From NCBI GenBank assembly GCA_934754475.1, contig CAKVHV010000002.1, forward strand, positions 951 through 64,950: a DNA stretch of 64,000 bases. The letters run 5' to 3'. Origin of the DNA: an uncultured Clostridia bacterium. GTDB taxonomy: Bacteria > Bacillota > Clostridia > Christensenellales > UBA1242. The notes under the pieces were generated by a model. The model searched no databases, was not told where the DNA came from, and saw only the letters and a program-made list of their open reading frames with translations. Both the position numbers and the translations under genes were made by a program. Of the stretch, positions 38,368-47,783 are shown one piece after another; positions within the stretch are counted from its first letter, which is position 1, and the number at the start of each line of letters is the position of its first letter.

Positions 38368-38916
38368 ATGAAAAAAGTTTTAAAGGTTTTTGCTATAATG
38401 TTACTAATTGTTGCGTGTTTTGTGGCAATTCCAGCCTGTGGAGAAACTCCACCACAAAATGATTACATAACAGCAAACACAAGCGGTTCTTCATTTAGTG
38501 GAAGCGATGTAGTTTTCAAAAATGCAGACGATTTCAAACTTGAATACTTAGATAACAACAACTACAAAGCAGTAGGTTCGGCTAGTCGTATGACCGAAGA
38601 ACAAGCAACAACTTGGGGAACAGTAGCAAACTCAAAATTCATCGTAATTAGCGTTAAGATGGGTGTTGGTGGCAAAGCAATTATTGGTTGGAGAAATAGC
38701 GAAACTATGAATAATCCTTACAGCCAAGAAGAAATTGACGGAACATTTATCAAAAACTCAACTACAGCAAAAAGCGAAACTAAAAACTTTATTTTGGCAT
38801 TAACTGATGGCGATACTCCTAGACATCCAGATTATAAGATTTGGAGAATAGAAGTAACCGAACAAGATGCTACTGAATCAAAAGCATTTACTGTAGATTT
38901 CTCAGACTTATATTAA
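38368..38916 (+). CDS. Small lipoprotein, unknown function
   Basis: Signal peptide with lipobox VAIPAC|G. GGGAGG RBS. Confidence 0.7.
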   Translation: MKKVLKVFAIMLLIVACFVAIPACGETPPQNDYITANTSGSSFSGSDVVFKNADDFKLEYLDNNNYKAVGSASRMTEEQATTWGTVANSKFIVISVKMGVGGKAIIGWRNSETMNNPYSQEEIDGTFIKNSTTAKSETKNFILALTDGDTPRHPDYKIWRIEVTEQDATESKAFTVDFSDLY

Positions 38917-38992
38917 CTTGTAAATAGAGAATTTTAATAATTCTCTATTTTTTTGTTTATTCAAAATGTTTTAGTCAAAACTTATTTTTATT

Positions 38993-39020
38993 TTGCTAAA
39001 ATACTTTTTTTTGCTAAAAT
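38993..39020 (+). promoter_or_regulatory. Candidate promoter of the Rrf2-iscS-iscU operon
   Basis: TTGCTA, 16-nt spacer, TAAAAT. Both boxes lie within a repeated ttttgctaaaat element. Confidence 0.4.
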
Positions 39021-39042
39021 ATCTCAAAAGGAATAAAATCAT

Positions 39043-39444
39043 ATGAAAATATCATCAAAAGGCAGATATGCTGTTAGAATAATGACTGAAATTGCCAAAT
39101 CAAAAGAAAAATGTGTTTCTGTAAGTGAGATTGCAAATAATCAAAATATTTCTATCAAGTATACCGAACAAATCATAAGCAAACTAGTCAAATCCAAATT
39201 AGTTGAAAGTTTTAGGGGTACTACGGGCGGATACAAATTGATAAAGTCCCCAAAAGATATTAACATCGCCCAAATACTCTCCACAACTGGCGATGCCCCT
39301 AACCTTGCGCCTTGTATTAATTCAAACTGCAATCGAAAGTCTGAGTGCGAGACTATTGGATGCTGGGAAACTCTAAATAATCTAATATATAATTACCTTA
39401 GTAGTATCACCCTTCAAGATATTTTGGACAAAAATTTTAAATAA
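39043..39444 (+). CDS. Rrf2-family transcriptional regulator (IscR/CymR-like)
   Basis: MKISSKGRYAVRIMTEIAK.. winged helix, with C-terminal Cys residues (CINSNCNRKSECETIGC). Confidence 0.8.
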   Translation: MKISSKGRYAVRIMTEIAKSKEKCVSVSEIANNQNISIKYTEQIISKLVKSKLVESFRGTTGGYKLIKSPKDINIAQILSTTGDAPNLAPCINSNCNRKSECETIGCWETLNNLIYNYLSSITLQDILDKNFK

Positions 39445-39529
39445 TTCAATTTGATGCTTGACAAACGCATCATTTTGTTTTATTATATATCATACTATTT
39501 TGGTAGGATATAAAACAAAGGAGAAATAA

Positions 39530-40714
39530 ATGATATATTTAGACAATGCTGGAACAACCAAAATGACACAAAATGTAATATCAGCAATGCTTCCAATGTT
39601 TGATACAAACTATGGAAATGCAAGTAGCCTATATTATTTTGGTCAAAAATCCAAAGAAATCCTGGAAGAAGCAAGAGAGCAAGTTGCAAAGTGTTTGAAT
39701 GCCGAATCTAATGAAATATACTTTACATCAGGTGGGAGCGAGAGTGATAATTGGGCAATCAATTCTGCTTGCAAGTTTGCCAAGTTAAAAAATAAAACCC
39801 ATATTATAACCACTACTTTTGAGCATCATGCAATTTTGAATACTCTCAAAGAAAAGGAAAAAGAAGGTTTTAAGGTAACATATTTGCCTGTATACGAAAA
39901 CGGAATAATTCACTTGGATGACTTAGAAAAAGCAATCACAAAAGACACTTTTTTGGTTACAATTATGTTTGCAAACAACGAAATTGGCACAATTCAGCCT
40001 ATCCAAGAAATTGGTGAGATTTGCAAAAAGCATGGAGTAATCTTTCATACAGACGCAGTTCAAGCGGTTGGTCACGTCAAAGTAGATGTCAAGGCTATGA
40101 ATATAGATATGCTATCTATTTCAGGACATAAATTTCATGGTCCAAAGGGAACGGGAGTGTTATTTTGCAAAAAAGGTTGCCCATTATTCCCATTTATTCT
40201 TGGCGGAAGTCAAGAGAAAAACAAACGTGCCGGAACTGAAAATATTGCGGGAATTGTAGGCTTGTCCACTGCTCTCAAAGATGCAATTGACGAAATGGAC
40301 GTAGTTTCAGAAAGAGAAACAAAACTTAGAAATAGATTATTTGAAGGTTTGAGCAAAATTGAACATAGCAAAATTAATGGCGACCTAGAAAATAGACTTC
40401 CAAACAATTTTAATATGTGTTTCGAAGGAATTGAAGGCGAAAGTTTGTTACTTATGCTTGATGACAAAGGAATTTGCGCTTCAAGCGGTTCGGCTTGCAC
40501 CAGCGGTTCACTTGACCCTAGCCACGTTTTGCTTGCAATTGGACTTCCCCACGAAATAGCCCACGGAAGTCTAAGACTAACACTTTCTAAGTTTACAACA
40601 ATCGAAGAAGTAGATTATACAATTGATGCAGTCAAAGAAGTCGTTAAAATTTTGCGAAAAATGAGTCCAGTTTGGGACGAATTACAAAAAGGAGAAAGAA
40701 AACATGTTATATAG
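39530..40714 (+). CDS. iscS: Cysteine desulfurase (NifS/IscS type)
   Basis: PLP lysine motif SGHKFHGPKG and active-site loop SSGSACTSG. Confidence 0.9.
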   Translation: MIYLDNAGTTKMTQNVISAMLPMFDTNYGNASSLYYFGQKSKEILEEAREQVAKCLNAESNEIYFTSGGSESDNWAINSACKFAKLKNKTHIITTTFEHHAILNTLKEKEKEGFKVTYLPVYENGIIHLDDLEKAITKDTFLVTIMFANNEIGTIQPIQEIGEICKKHGVIFHTDAVQAVGHVKVDVKAMNIDMLSISGHKFHGPKGTGVLFCKKGCPLFPFILGGSQEKNKRAGTENIAGIVGLSTALKDAIDEMDVVSERETKLRNRLFEGLSKIEHSKINGDLENRLPNNFNMCFEGIEGESLLLMLDDKGICASSGSACTSGSLDPSHVLLAIGLPHEIAHGSLRLTLSKFTTIEEVDYTIDAVKEVVKILRKMSPVWDELQKGERKHVI

Positions 40715-41141
40715 TGAAAAAGTTATGGACCATTTTAGAAACCCACGTAATGTTGGTGAAATCAAAGATGCAGATGCCATAGGCGAAGTTGGAAATGCTA
40801 AGTGCGGAGATATTATGAGAATGTATCTCAAAATCAAAGACGGAATAATTACGGATGTTAAATTTATGACATTTGGATGCGGAAGCGCAATTGCTACAAG
40901 TTCAATGGCAACAGAACTTATCAAAGGCAAACCACTCAAAGATGCCTTGAAATTAACAAACCAGGCAGTTGTCGAAGCCTTGGATGGTCTCCCACAACAC
41001 AAAATCCATTGTTCTGTTCTAGCCGAAGAAGCAATTAAATCAGCAATCAAAAATTATTATGACAAAAATAATATTGAGTATGATGCAAAAGATTTTTGCG
41101 CACTCGACTGCCCTTGTTGCCACACACATGATAATGATTAA
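40704..41141 (+). CDS. iscU: Fe-S cluster scaffold IscU/NifU-like with Cys-rich C-terminal tail
   Basis: NAKCGD, FGCGSAIA and HCSVLA scaffold cysteines. An extra tail, CALDCPCCHTHDND. Confidence 0.85.
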   Translation: MLYSEKVMDHFRNPRNVGEIKDADAIGEVGNAKCGDIMRMYLKIKDGIITDVKFMTFGCGSAIATSSMATELIKGKPLKDALKLTNQAVVEALDGLPQHKIHCSVLAEEAIKSAIKNYYDKNNIEYDAKDFCALDCPCCHTHDND

Positions 41142-41217
41142 TAATAAAAAACAACCCTATCATATAAGTTTTGCAAAAAGCAGAACTATATTATAGAGTT
41201 ATTTTTTTTATTTAATA

Positions 41218-41721
41218 TTAATCTTCTAATTCTTGTTCTAAATATTTTTTGTTAATTCTAAATTCATAATCTTTAATTTGTTCCAAGTCAAGATATTCAG
41301 GAATATCTTTGAGATTACTTGTTTGAAGATATAGAGAAAAAGGTTTTAAATCATCCAAAACACCATCATAAATGCCACACTTTATCTGTCCACCATAAGA
41401 ATCCATGTAGGATAAAATAATTCTGTTACTAAGTACCGGCAATATCATTCCATCTTTTGAAGGTGCTTTATAGAATTTAAAATTCTTATAAATCCCATGA
41501 TTTTTTAAAAATTTATTATTTGTAGAAAGCGATGACTTAATTTCCTTTTCAGTTGCTGGACATACAATCACATGTTCTACATAAGAAAAACGACTATGAG
41601 AATAACGAGTATCATCGTATCGAGTAAACAAATTATGCTCAGCAAGAAACAATTGGTTAGTTTTAAACTTACCCATAGCTTCTTTAGTTTCTTTTTTCCA
41701 CTTTAAATAGTCTTTAAACAT
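41218..41721 (-). CDS. Hypothetical protein (167 aa)
   Basis: ATG 41721 follows AGGGTGG. The track's ATG 41742 has no RBS. No family recognised. Confidence 0.5.
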   Translation of the reverse strand: MFKDYLKWKKETKEAMGKFKTNQLFLAEHNLFTRYDDTRYSHSRFSYVEHVIVCPATEKEIKSSLSTNNKFLKNHGIYKNFKFYKAPSKDGMILPVLSNRIILSYMDSYGGQIKCGIYDGVLDDLKPFSLYLQTSNLKDIPEYLDLEQIKDYEFRINKKYLEQELED

Positions 41722-41826
41722 TATATACCACCCTATTAACATTTAAACTAAAAGCAGTATATCATAGTCAATTTTTAAATTCAATATCTCAAAGAGAAAA
41801 AAATTAAAATTTCTTTGTCAAAATTA

Positions 41827-41855
41827 TTGACAACAAAATAAATATTTGATATTAT
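41827..41855 (+). promoter_or_regulatory. Sigma-A type promoter of tRNA-Ala/tRNA-Ile
   Basis: TTGACA, 17-nt spacer ending TGa, then TATTAT. Same architecture as the promoter at 11124. Confidence 0.6.
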
Positions 41856-41880
41856 AGTAGAGTTCTTAATAAATTTGTAT

Positions 41881-41957
41881 GGGGGTATAGCTCAGTTGGC
41901 TAGAGCACCTGCCTTGCAAGCAGGGGGTCAAGAGTTCGAGTCTCTTTATCTCCACCA
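41881..41957 (+). tRNA. tRNA-Ala(UGC)
   Basis: G3.U70 pair, anticodon loop CTTGCAA, encoded CCA. Confidence 0.9.
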
Positions 41958-41962
41958 TATAT

Positions 41963-42039
41963 AGAGATGTAGCTCAGCAGGTTAGAGCACCACCCTGATA
42001 AGGTGGGGGTCGGTGGTTCGAGTCCACTCATCTCTACCA
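41963..42039 (+). tRNA. tRNA-Ile(GAU)
   Basis: Acceptor AGAGATG/CATCTCT, anticodon arm CCACC-CTGATAA-GGTGG, encoded CCA. Confidence 0.9.
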
Positions 42040-42044
42040 AAACA

Positions 42045-42068
42045 TCTGACGAAAGTCAGATTTTTTTT
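42045..42068 (+). terminator. Terminator of tRNA-Ala/Ile
   Basis: tctgac-gaaa-gtcaga followed by T8. Confidence 0.7.
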
Positions 42069-42142
42069 AATAAATTTTTAGCGAAGAAAATTTATTTTCG
42101 TAGCAAAAAGATTATTAAAAAAATTATTGCGTTAGCAATGTT

Positions 42143-42307
42143 TGGTAGAGATGAGTGACGAGAACTACAATTTAAATAATCCCAAAAACTTATATCGCAA
42201 GATATAAGGTGGGGCAATGGAGTCAGATTTTTTTGTTGTGAGTGACGAAAACTACAGTTTATTATATCCCCTAACTCTTACATCGTGCTTTTGCACGATA
42301 TAAGGTG
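42143..42307 (+). repeat. Inverted copy of the tRNA-Ile 3' end fused to a twice-repeated ~60-nt hairpin module
   Basis: tggtagagatgagtg (42143-42157) is the exact reverse complement of 42025-42039. The modules are at 42153-42211 and 42240-42307. The terminator 3' half, agtcagattttttt, is duplicated at 42221-42234. Confidence 0.8.
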
Positions 42308-42449
42308 CTTACAATCTAACATTAACACCTACTTTTAGGGTGCTCCCCTGCATCCCAACAAATTTCTACTACCTATTGAAATTTAATTAATTTTGTGTTA
42401 AACTCTATATGCTATTTTAAATAGACAATTTAATTTAACAAGGAAAAAT

Positions 42450-42929
42450 ATGTTTACAAAAATAAAAGAATATATACAAAACAAGTTTACTAAAAAAGAA
42501 GAAGACAAACTAGATTTAGATAGCCTATATGTATGCAATATATGTGACTTCAAAATTTCAAAGTGGTTTAGCCCAAGACTTAGAAAGGACGTAAATAGAA
42601 CCACTCCAACTAGTAGAGAAAACAATAGATTGTACATTGCAAGACTACTAAGTGTAGCCGAAAAAGAAAGATATATCAAAGAAAAATACGGAGAAAACAA
42701 ACCAGAATATTTGTTCTTTGACCCTACAATTAGTTTTTATGAAATTGTGGACACAAAAGCAAAAATACCAGATGTTAGCGACAAACTCCTTCTTTCAAAA
42801 TTACAAGAAGGTGTCTACACCAGTGTTACAAATCTAAAACTACTCAAAAACTTACAAATTGATGTTAATCTATCTGATGTCAAATCAATAGAAAAGTCTT
42901 TGAACGAAAATCAACATACATTGGATTAA
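42450..42929 (+). CDS. Hypothetical protein (159 aa)
   Basis: ATG preceded by AAGGAAAAAT. No family recognised. Confidence 0.55.
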   Translation: MFTKIKEYIQNKFTKKEEDKLDLDSLYVCNICDFKISKWFSPRLRKDVNRTTPTSRENNRLYIARLLSVAEKERYIKEKYGENKPEYLFFDPTISFYEIVDTKAKIPDVSDKLLLSKLQEGVYTSVTNLKLLKNLQIDVNLSDVKSIEKSLNENQHTLD

Positions 42930-42981
42930 TCTAATATTAAACAAAAACCATGAGATTTTATTCTCATGGTTTTTTGTATAT

Positions 42982-44646
42982 TTATACATTAAGTTTTGAT
43001 TTGATTATATCTAATCTACGATATAACTCATCTTTGCCAAGCACACAACAAATTGCAAATAAATCTGGTGTATTTATTTTTCCAGTGAAAGCATATCTAA
43101 TTATATTACACAAACCCGCCAGATTTCCGTTGTATTTTGTTGGGTCTTGTTTGTATAACTTGTTATCCAAACAGAAATTATTGTTTTCACCTAGTTTTTT
43201 AACTCTTTCAAACCAGTCGGTTTTGTCTAAATTACTTTCAAATAACACAACATAAGTTTGCAATATTTTGTATAATAATTCATTGTCTATATTTGTAATA
43301 TCCGAAAAATTCAAATTGATATTTTCAAAATTTTCAAACATATAATTGTAATAATCCCTAACCATAGACCATTTGAAAATATCTTTACGTGGCTTAGGTG
43401 TTTCACGTTCAATGTTAAGTACATCAAGCGAATATCCTTCGTCACTTTTTAGTTTTTGAGCAAAGTCTTCGTCATATTTTTCTGCCCAGTTAACCAATTG
43501 TGAATAAACTTGACTAGCGGATAGTCTAGCGATATATTCTTTGGAAACATCATTTAGTTTTTGCATGTCAAACATTGGGTTTCCACTGCCAATTTTTTCA
43601 AGTTTAAACGGAAATTCATGATAATCTAAATTAGGATTTTCTTTTCGCCATGTTTCAAAATCACTATTGAGTAGATTTAACAAGTATTCTTTGACCGCCG
43701 TTACTGGATAACCATCTTTAATAAAGAACATACAGTTTGCTTCTGGGTCTTTTCTTTTGCTAAGTTTTCTCTTTTTACCATCGTCAAGTTTGCAAATATT
43801 TGGAGTATGAACATAAGGAATTTTGTTAAAACCGAATTTATCAAATATCTCCATATGACTAGCAACCGATTGATACCAGTCTTCGCCACGAACTATCATA
43901 GTTGTTCCCATAAGTGTATCATCAACAGCATGTGCAAATGAATAAACTGGAATACCATTACTTTTGATTAGCACTACATCCTTGCCATTTTCTCTAATCT
44001 CTCGTTTGCCTTTGATTAAGTCAACTATTTCAAATGTATTATCTGGATTGCCAGTAGATAAAAGTCTTAAGGCAAATGGTTTGCCCGCATTCAAGTTCTC
44101 TTCAACTTCTTCAAGGCTTAGGTTTCTACAAACATCATGGTCGATTGTATCGTTATTCTCTTCGATTTCTTGTTCTCTTTTGGCAACAATTTCTTCCTTG
44201 TCTTCAAGTTTTGTACAGAAACATGGATATGCTCCGCCCCTACTTACCAAATACTTAGCAAAAGCCTTGTAAATATCTAATCTCTTGCTTTGAACATAAG
44301 GTCCGTATATTCCCCTTTCTGGGCTATTTCCCCTGTATCCTTCGGTAGGAACTATTCCAAATTCACCTAGTGCCACATAGAGCAATTCTCCAGCATTTTC
44401 AATCTCACGTTTTTGGTCGGTGTCTTCAAGTCTTAAAAAGAATACACTTGAAGGCTCTTTGACAAGCATTTCGTGTAGAACACATTGAAAAAGTCCACCA
44501 ATATGCAAATATCCAGTTGGACTAGGCGCAAATCTAGTAACTACACCACCTTTAAGAAGCGGTCTGCTTGGATATTTAGAAAAGTAATAATTAATGTCTT
44601 TGTCCACATCAGGATAAAGTAAATCTGCTAATTTATTAAAGTCCAT
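42982..44646 (-). CDS. gltX: Glutamate--tRNA ligase (long form, 554 aa)
   Basis: RFAPSPTGYLHIGG (HIGH motif) and KLSKRK (KMSKS motif). The LRLEDTDQKR segment is typical of GltX. Confidence 0.85.
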   Translation of the reverse strand: MDFNKLADLLYPDVDKDINYYFSKYPSRPLLKGGVVTRFAPSPTGYLHIGGLFQCVLHEMLVKEPSSVFFLRLEDTDQKREIENAGELLYVALGEFGIVPTEGYRGNSPERGIYGPYVQSKRLDIYKAFAKYLVSRGGAYPCFCTKLEDKEEIVAKREQEIEENNDTIDHDVCRNLSLEEVEENLNAGKPFALRLLSTGNPDNTFEIVDLIKGKREIRENGKDVVLIKSNGIPVYSFAHAVDDTLMGTTMIVRGEDWYQSVASHMEIFDKFGFNKIPYVHTPNICKLDDGKKRKLSKRKDPEANCMFFIKDGYPVTAVKEYLLNLLNSDFETWRKENPNLDYHEFPFKLEKIGSGNPMFDMQKLNDVSKEYIARLSASQVYSQLVNWAEKYDEDFAQKLKSDEGYSLDVLNIERETPKPRKDIFKWSMVRDYYNYMFENFENINLNFSDITNIDNELLYKILQTYVVLFESNLDKTDWFERVKKLGENNNFCLDNKLYKQDPTKYNGNLAGLCNIIRYAFTGKINTPDLFAICCVLGKDELYRRLDIIKSKLNV

Positions 44647-44655
44647 AATTCTCCT

Positions 44656-45750
44656 TTAGTCATTTACAATCATACCTAAAGTATCTACAAGTCTGCCATA
44701 AACGTTCAAAACAAAGTCGTCCATAAACTTAAGTGATGCTTGTTTTGATTTGGTTAGCGAAGTCAAATATGACTCATAATCTACTCCAGTAACCAAGCCA
44801 AACTTGTATTGAGTAATTTTGTAAATATCTTCTTCAAAATAAGTATTTTTGTAAGTAGAAAGTCTTTGATTAAATACATCCATTGCATATAGATAATTAT
44901 TAACCAAATTCATTGTATTTGTATAATCTGAATTTTCCGAATTTAAACCCGCTCTAATTCTTACCGAAAGCGACTTGTAATCTTCCAAATCTTTTGTAAG
45001 CAAAAACTCACTTGTGTTTCCAATTATTGAATCAAGGTCATCACTAATTCCCTTTGAACCTACTGAGTAATCAAAGGCTTTGAAATTGTTTAGATAAATA
45101 ATATATGCAATATCTACATATGTTTTTTGAATCTTTGATTCAAGCGAATCAATACTAACTATATCCAAATTTTCCAAACAATATTTTTCATTCATAGTGA
45201 TAAATCTATTAATGAAATCAAAAGATTTTTGGATTACTTGATTTAAATCAAATGCATAATTAGTCAAATTAAATTCCATTACATCATTTACTCCGCCCTT
45301 GGTAGCATCAGTAAATGTATTGTATGAATTTTTGAAAGTATCAAGTTGAGATTTTAGACTTTCCAAACTATTATATAAGTCATTCATTTCGTTTTTATCA
45401 AAACTTGCACTCGACATTTTCAAATAAAAATTTTCTTTGTTCTTTTCGTAATAGTTAAAGATATTATTCAAAATCTTTTGTTGATAACCAATTACTGCAT
45501 ATTTTTTTGAAAGTTTTGAACTTGGCGATACATTATAAATAAGCGCGCTCACGTCGTCTGCATATTTTATAACAATCGAATCGGGTCTTGTTTCGTCCGA
45601 AAAGAATTTGTTGTCGTTATCTATTATACAAACTTGTTTTGTGTTTTCATAAAGAGTTTTTACATCTTCGGATTTTCTTTCTTCGCCACAACCACAAAGA
45701 CAAAGCAAAGCAACAATCGGAAGAATAAGTACAGCAAATATTTTTTTCAT
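44656..45750 (-). CDS. Lipoprotein, unknown function (364 aa)
   Basis: ATG 45750 follows AAAGGGGGAA. Lipobox LLCLCGC|G. Predicted helical extracytoplasmic domain. Confidence 0.6.
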   Translation of the reverse strand: MKKIFAVLILPIVALLCLCGCGEERKSEDVKTLYENTKQVCIIDNDNKFFSDETRPDSIVIKYADDVSALIYNVSPSSKLSKKYAVIGYQQKILNNIFNYYEKNKENFYLKMSSASFDKNEMNDLYNSLESLKSQLDTFKNSYNTFTDATKGGVNDVMEFNLTNYAFDLNQVIQKSFDFINRFITMNEKYCLENLDIVSIDSLESKIQKTYVDIAYIIYLNNFKAFDYSVGSKGISDDLDSIIGNTSEFLLTKDLEDYKSLSVRIRAGLNSENSDYTNTMNLVNNYLYAMDVFNQRLSTYKNTYFEEDIYKITQYKFGLVTGVDYESYLTSLTKSKQASLKFMDDFVLNVYGRLVDTLGMIVND

Positions 45751-45761
45751 AAATTCCCCCT

Positions 45762-46763
45762 TTAATATCCCAAAACCTTCAAAACACATTTGAGTCTTGA
45801 ATTTTTGTAGACATTCATATTAATATCGCTTGGCTCTTTGCCATTTGCAATTTCTTTCTTTTCTATATTCTGTTTTTGCAAAACCTTGTTAAACTCAGAT
45901 GAGTAGTTATTACAAATATAATTGTAATTAGTCAAGAAATCATATTCGGAATACTCTGTGCTGAATATACTTATATTTTTGCGGTATTTGTCAATTTTGT
46001 CAACAACCAAATGCAAGTCATGTGCACGATATGATTCTAATTCGTCTTTGATAACACTCGTTGAAATATACATGCTTCTCGAAAAACTATCCATAAGTGC
46101 AAATTCTGTATCATAATTAATCTGCCCAAACTTGCATTTAATGATTTCAAACATTGTGTTTATAAGTTCAGCACTATCTTTTAGACAGTTTCTATAAACT
46201 ACTCTTACATAAGCATAATTATTTTGCAAAACTTCCATTTCGGTATTTGTGCCTTCAATTGCACTCTGGCAATCAATCAAAATATCCAAGTTTTCTTTGA
46301 GCAACTTGTAATCATTTGAATAAGTGCTTGCAATCTTTTTGAGAGTCTTGGTTTGTGCATCGGCATTATTTACATTTTTGATAAAAGGAAGAAGTTTAAG
46401 CATAATATCTTGAGTCAAATTCTCAATTACCATATAACTATCAAAGGTACAAGTAATATTTCCGCCATCGTCATAAGTATTGATTACATCATCCGAAAAG
46501 AGTATATTCCTAACTCTAAGAATATCTTTTTGAATATCAGTGCTATCCGTAATTACATTAGTCTTGTCTGAACCTATATAGTTAATGCCTTTAAGTTCAA
46601 CAAGTTTTTCGGTTACACCAAGTGATTCTTTGTACTCAATAATCTCACATGTCCTATTGTATGCTTGCACTTCGTCTTTTTCTTTGAACACAAAAGCCCA
46701 AATTCCAAATGCAATAACAACTACTACACTAAGAGCAACTACAATTTTTACCCAAAATTTCAT
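45762..46763 (-). CDS. Membrane-anchored protein, unknown function (333 aa)
   Basis: N-terminal TM anchor IVVALSVVVVIAFGIWAFVF. It ends 11 nt before the next gene. Confidence 0.6.
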   Translation of the reverse strand: MKFWVKIVVALSVVVVIAFGIWAFVFKEKDEVQAYNRTCEIIEYKESLGVTEKLVELKGINYIGSDKTNVITDSTDIQKDILRVRNILFSDDVINTYDDGGNITCTFDSYMVIENLTQDIMLKLLPFIKNVNNADAQTKTLKKIASTYSNDYKLLKENLDILIDCQSAIEGTNTEMEVLQNNYAYVRVVYRNCLKDSAELINTMFEIIKCKFGQINYDTEFALMDSFSRSMYISTSVIKDELESYRAHDLHLVVDKIDKYRKNISIFSTEYSEYDFLTNYNYICNNYSSEFNKVLQKQNIEKKEIANGKEPSDINMNVYKNSRLKCVLKVLGY

Positions 46764-46852
46764 AAAGTCTCCTACTAGTATTTCAACAATACTTTTGCAT
46801 TTTATTTATAAATATAGTATCAAATATTTAAAAAATCGTCAATTAATATATT

Positions 46853-47587
46853 TTAGTATTCGACATTTTTAAGAATTAGCCCCTTAGATGGCATGGTTTT
46901 GCCAGCCTTTTGTCTATTTTTTGAATTAATAATGTCTACTATATCATCCGACTTAATTTTATCGAGGCCTACATTTACTAGAGTCCCCATAATAATTCTA
47001 ACCATGTTGTACAAAAATCCATTGCCACAGATACTTAGTTTAAACAATCCGCCATCTAATTCGATTATCTTACAATCATAAATAGTTCGTACTTTTGTCT
47101 TAACATCTGTATTGCTAGCACAAAAACTAGAAAAGTCATGCTCGCCTACAAAATACGTACTTGCCTTCTTCATTTCAGCAATATTTAAGTCTAGTGCTAT
47201 ATGCGAAGCAAAAGTCTCATATATAGCATTTTCCATTCCAACATAAAAATAGTATTCATATGTCTTTCTCTTAGAAGAATATCTTGCATGAAAGTCGTTA
47301 CTTGCCTTGGCTATCTCCAAAACTCTTATATCCCTTGGAAGTATTGCATTTACATATGACAAAACTTTATGCTCAACAATCTCATTTTCCACATCAAAGT
47401 GACATACTTGACAAAAAGCCGAAACCCCCGCATCCGTTCTACCCGAAGCAATAACCTTGATATTTTCCTTTGTAACCTGACTTAGTGCTGTTTCAAGCCT
47501 AAGTTCAATTGTGTCTTTGTTATTCTGTACTTGAAACCCCGAGTATTTGTCTCCTAGGTAGCTTAATTTTAAAATATATCTTTGCAT
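46853..47587 (-). CDS. truA: tRNA pseudouridine(38-40) synthase TruA
   Basis: YLGDKYSGFQVQ and GRTDAGVSA (catalytic Asp). 244 aa. Confidence 0.9.
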   Translation of the reverse strand: MQRYILKLSYLGDKYSGFQVQNNKDTIELRLETALSQVTKENIKVIASGRTDAGVSAFCQVCHFDVENEIVEHKVLSYVNAILPRDIRVLEIAKASNDFHARYSSKRKTYEYYFYVGMENAIYETFASHIALDLNIAEMKKASTYFVGEHDFSSFCASNTDVKTKVRTIYDCKIIELDGGLFKLSICGNGFLYNMVRIIMGTLVNVGLDKIKSDDIVDIINSKNRQKAGKTMPSKGLILKNVEY

Positions 47588-47717
47588 ATTACACCATATC
47601 CCAAAAAAATATAAATACTTTTGAATAAAAGTTATTATGTTGTCTATTTAATTTTATAACAATTTATCCAATTTTTCAATTGAATACCCACAAATTTACA
47701 CAAAGTTTAATAATTAT

Positions 47718-47746
47718 TTGACTAAAATCCAACTAACAAATATAAT
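47718..47746 (+). promoter_or_regulatory. Sigma-A type promoter of the PFOR gene
   Basis: TTGACT, 17-nt spacer, TATAAT. Confidence 0.6.
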
Positions 47747-47783
47747 AGTTTTAGTTGATTATTCAATTTTAAGGAGAGAAAAA

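Noticed and set aside
42320-42345. T-box riboswitch downstream of tRNA-Ile (TTTTAGGGTGCTCCCC resembles the start of the T-box core)
   Set aside because: The UGGN acceptor-pairing element and the rest of the T-box consensus are missing. No specifier hairpin is visible, and the downstream gene is not an aminoacyl-tRNA-related gene.
47718-47783. TTG start at 47718 for the PFOR ORF in the track
   Set aside because: That TTG is the first triplet of a TTGACT -35 box, with TATAAT 17 nt downstream. GTG 47784 has an AAGGAG RBS and gives the usual PFOR N-terminus.
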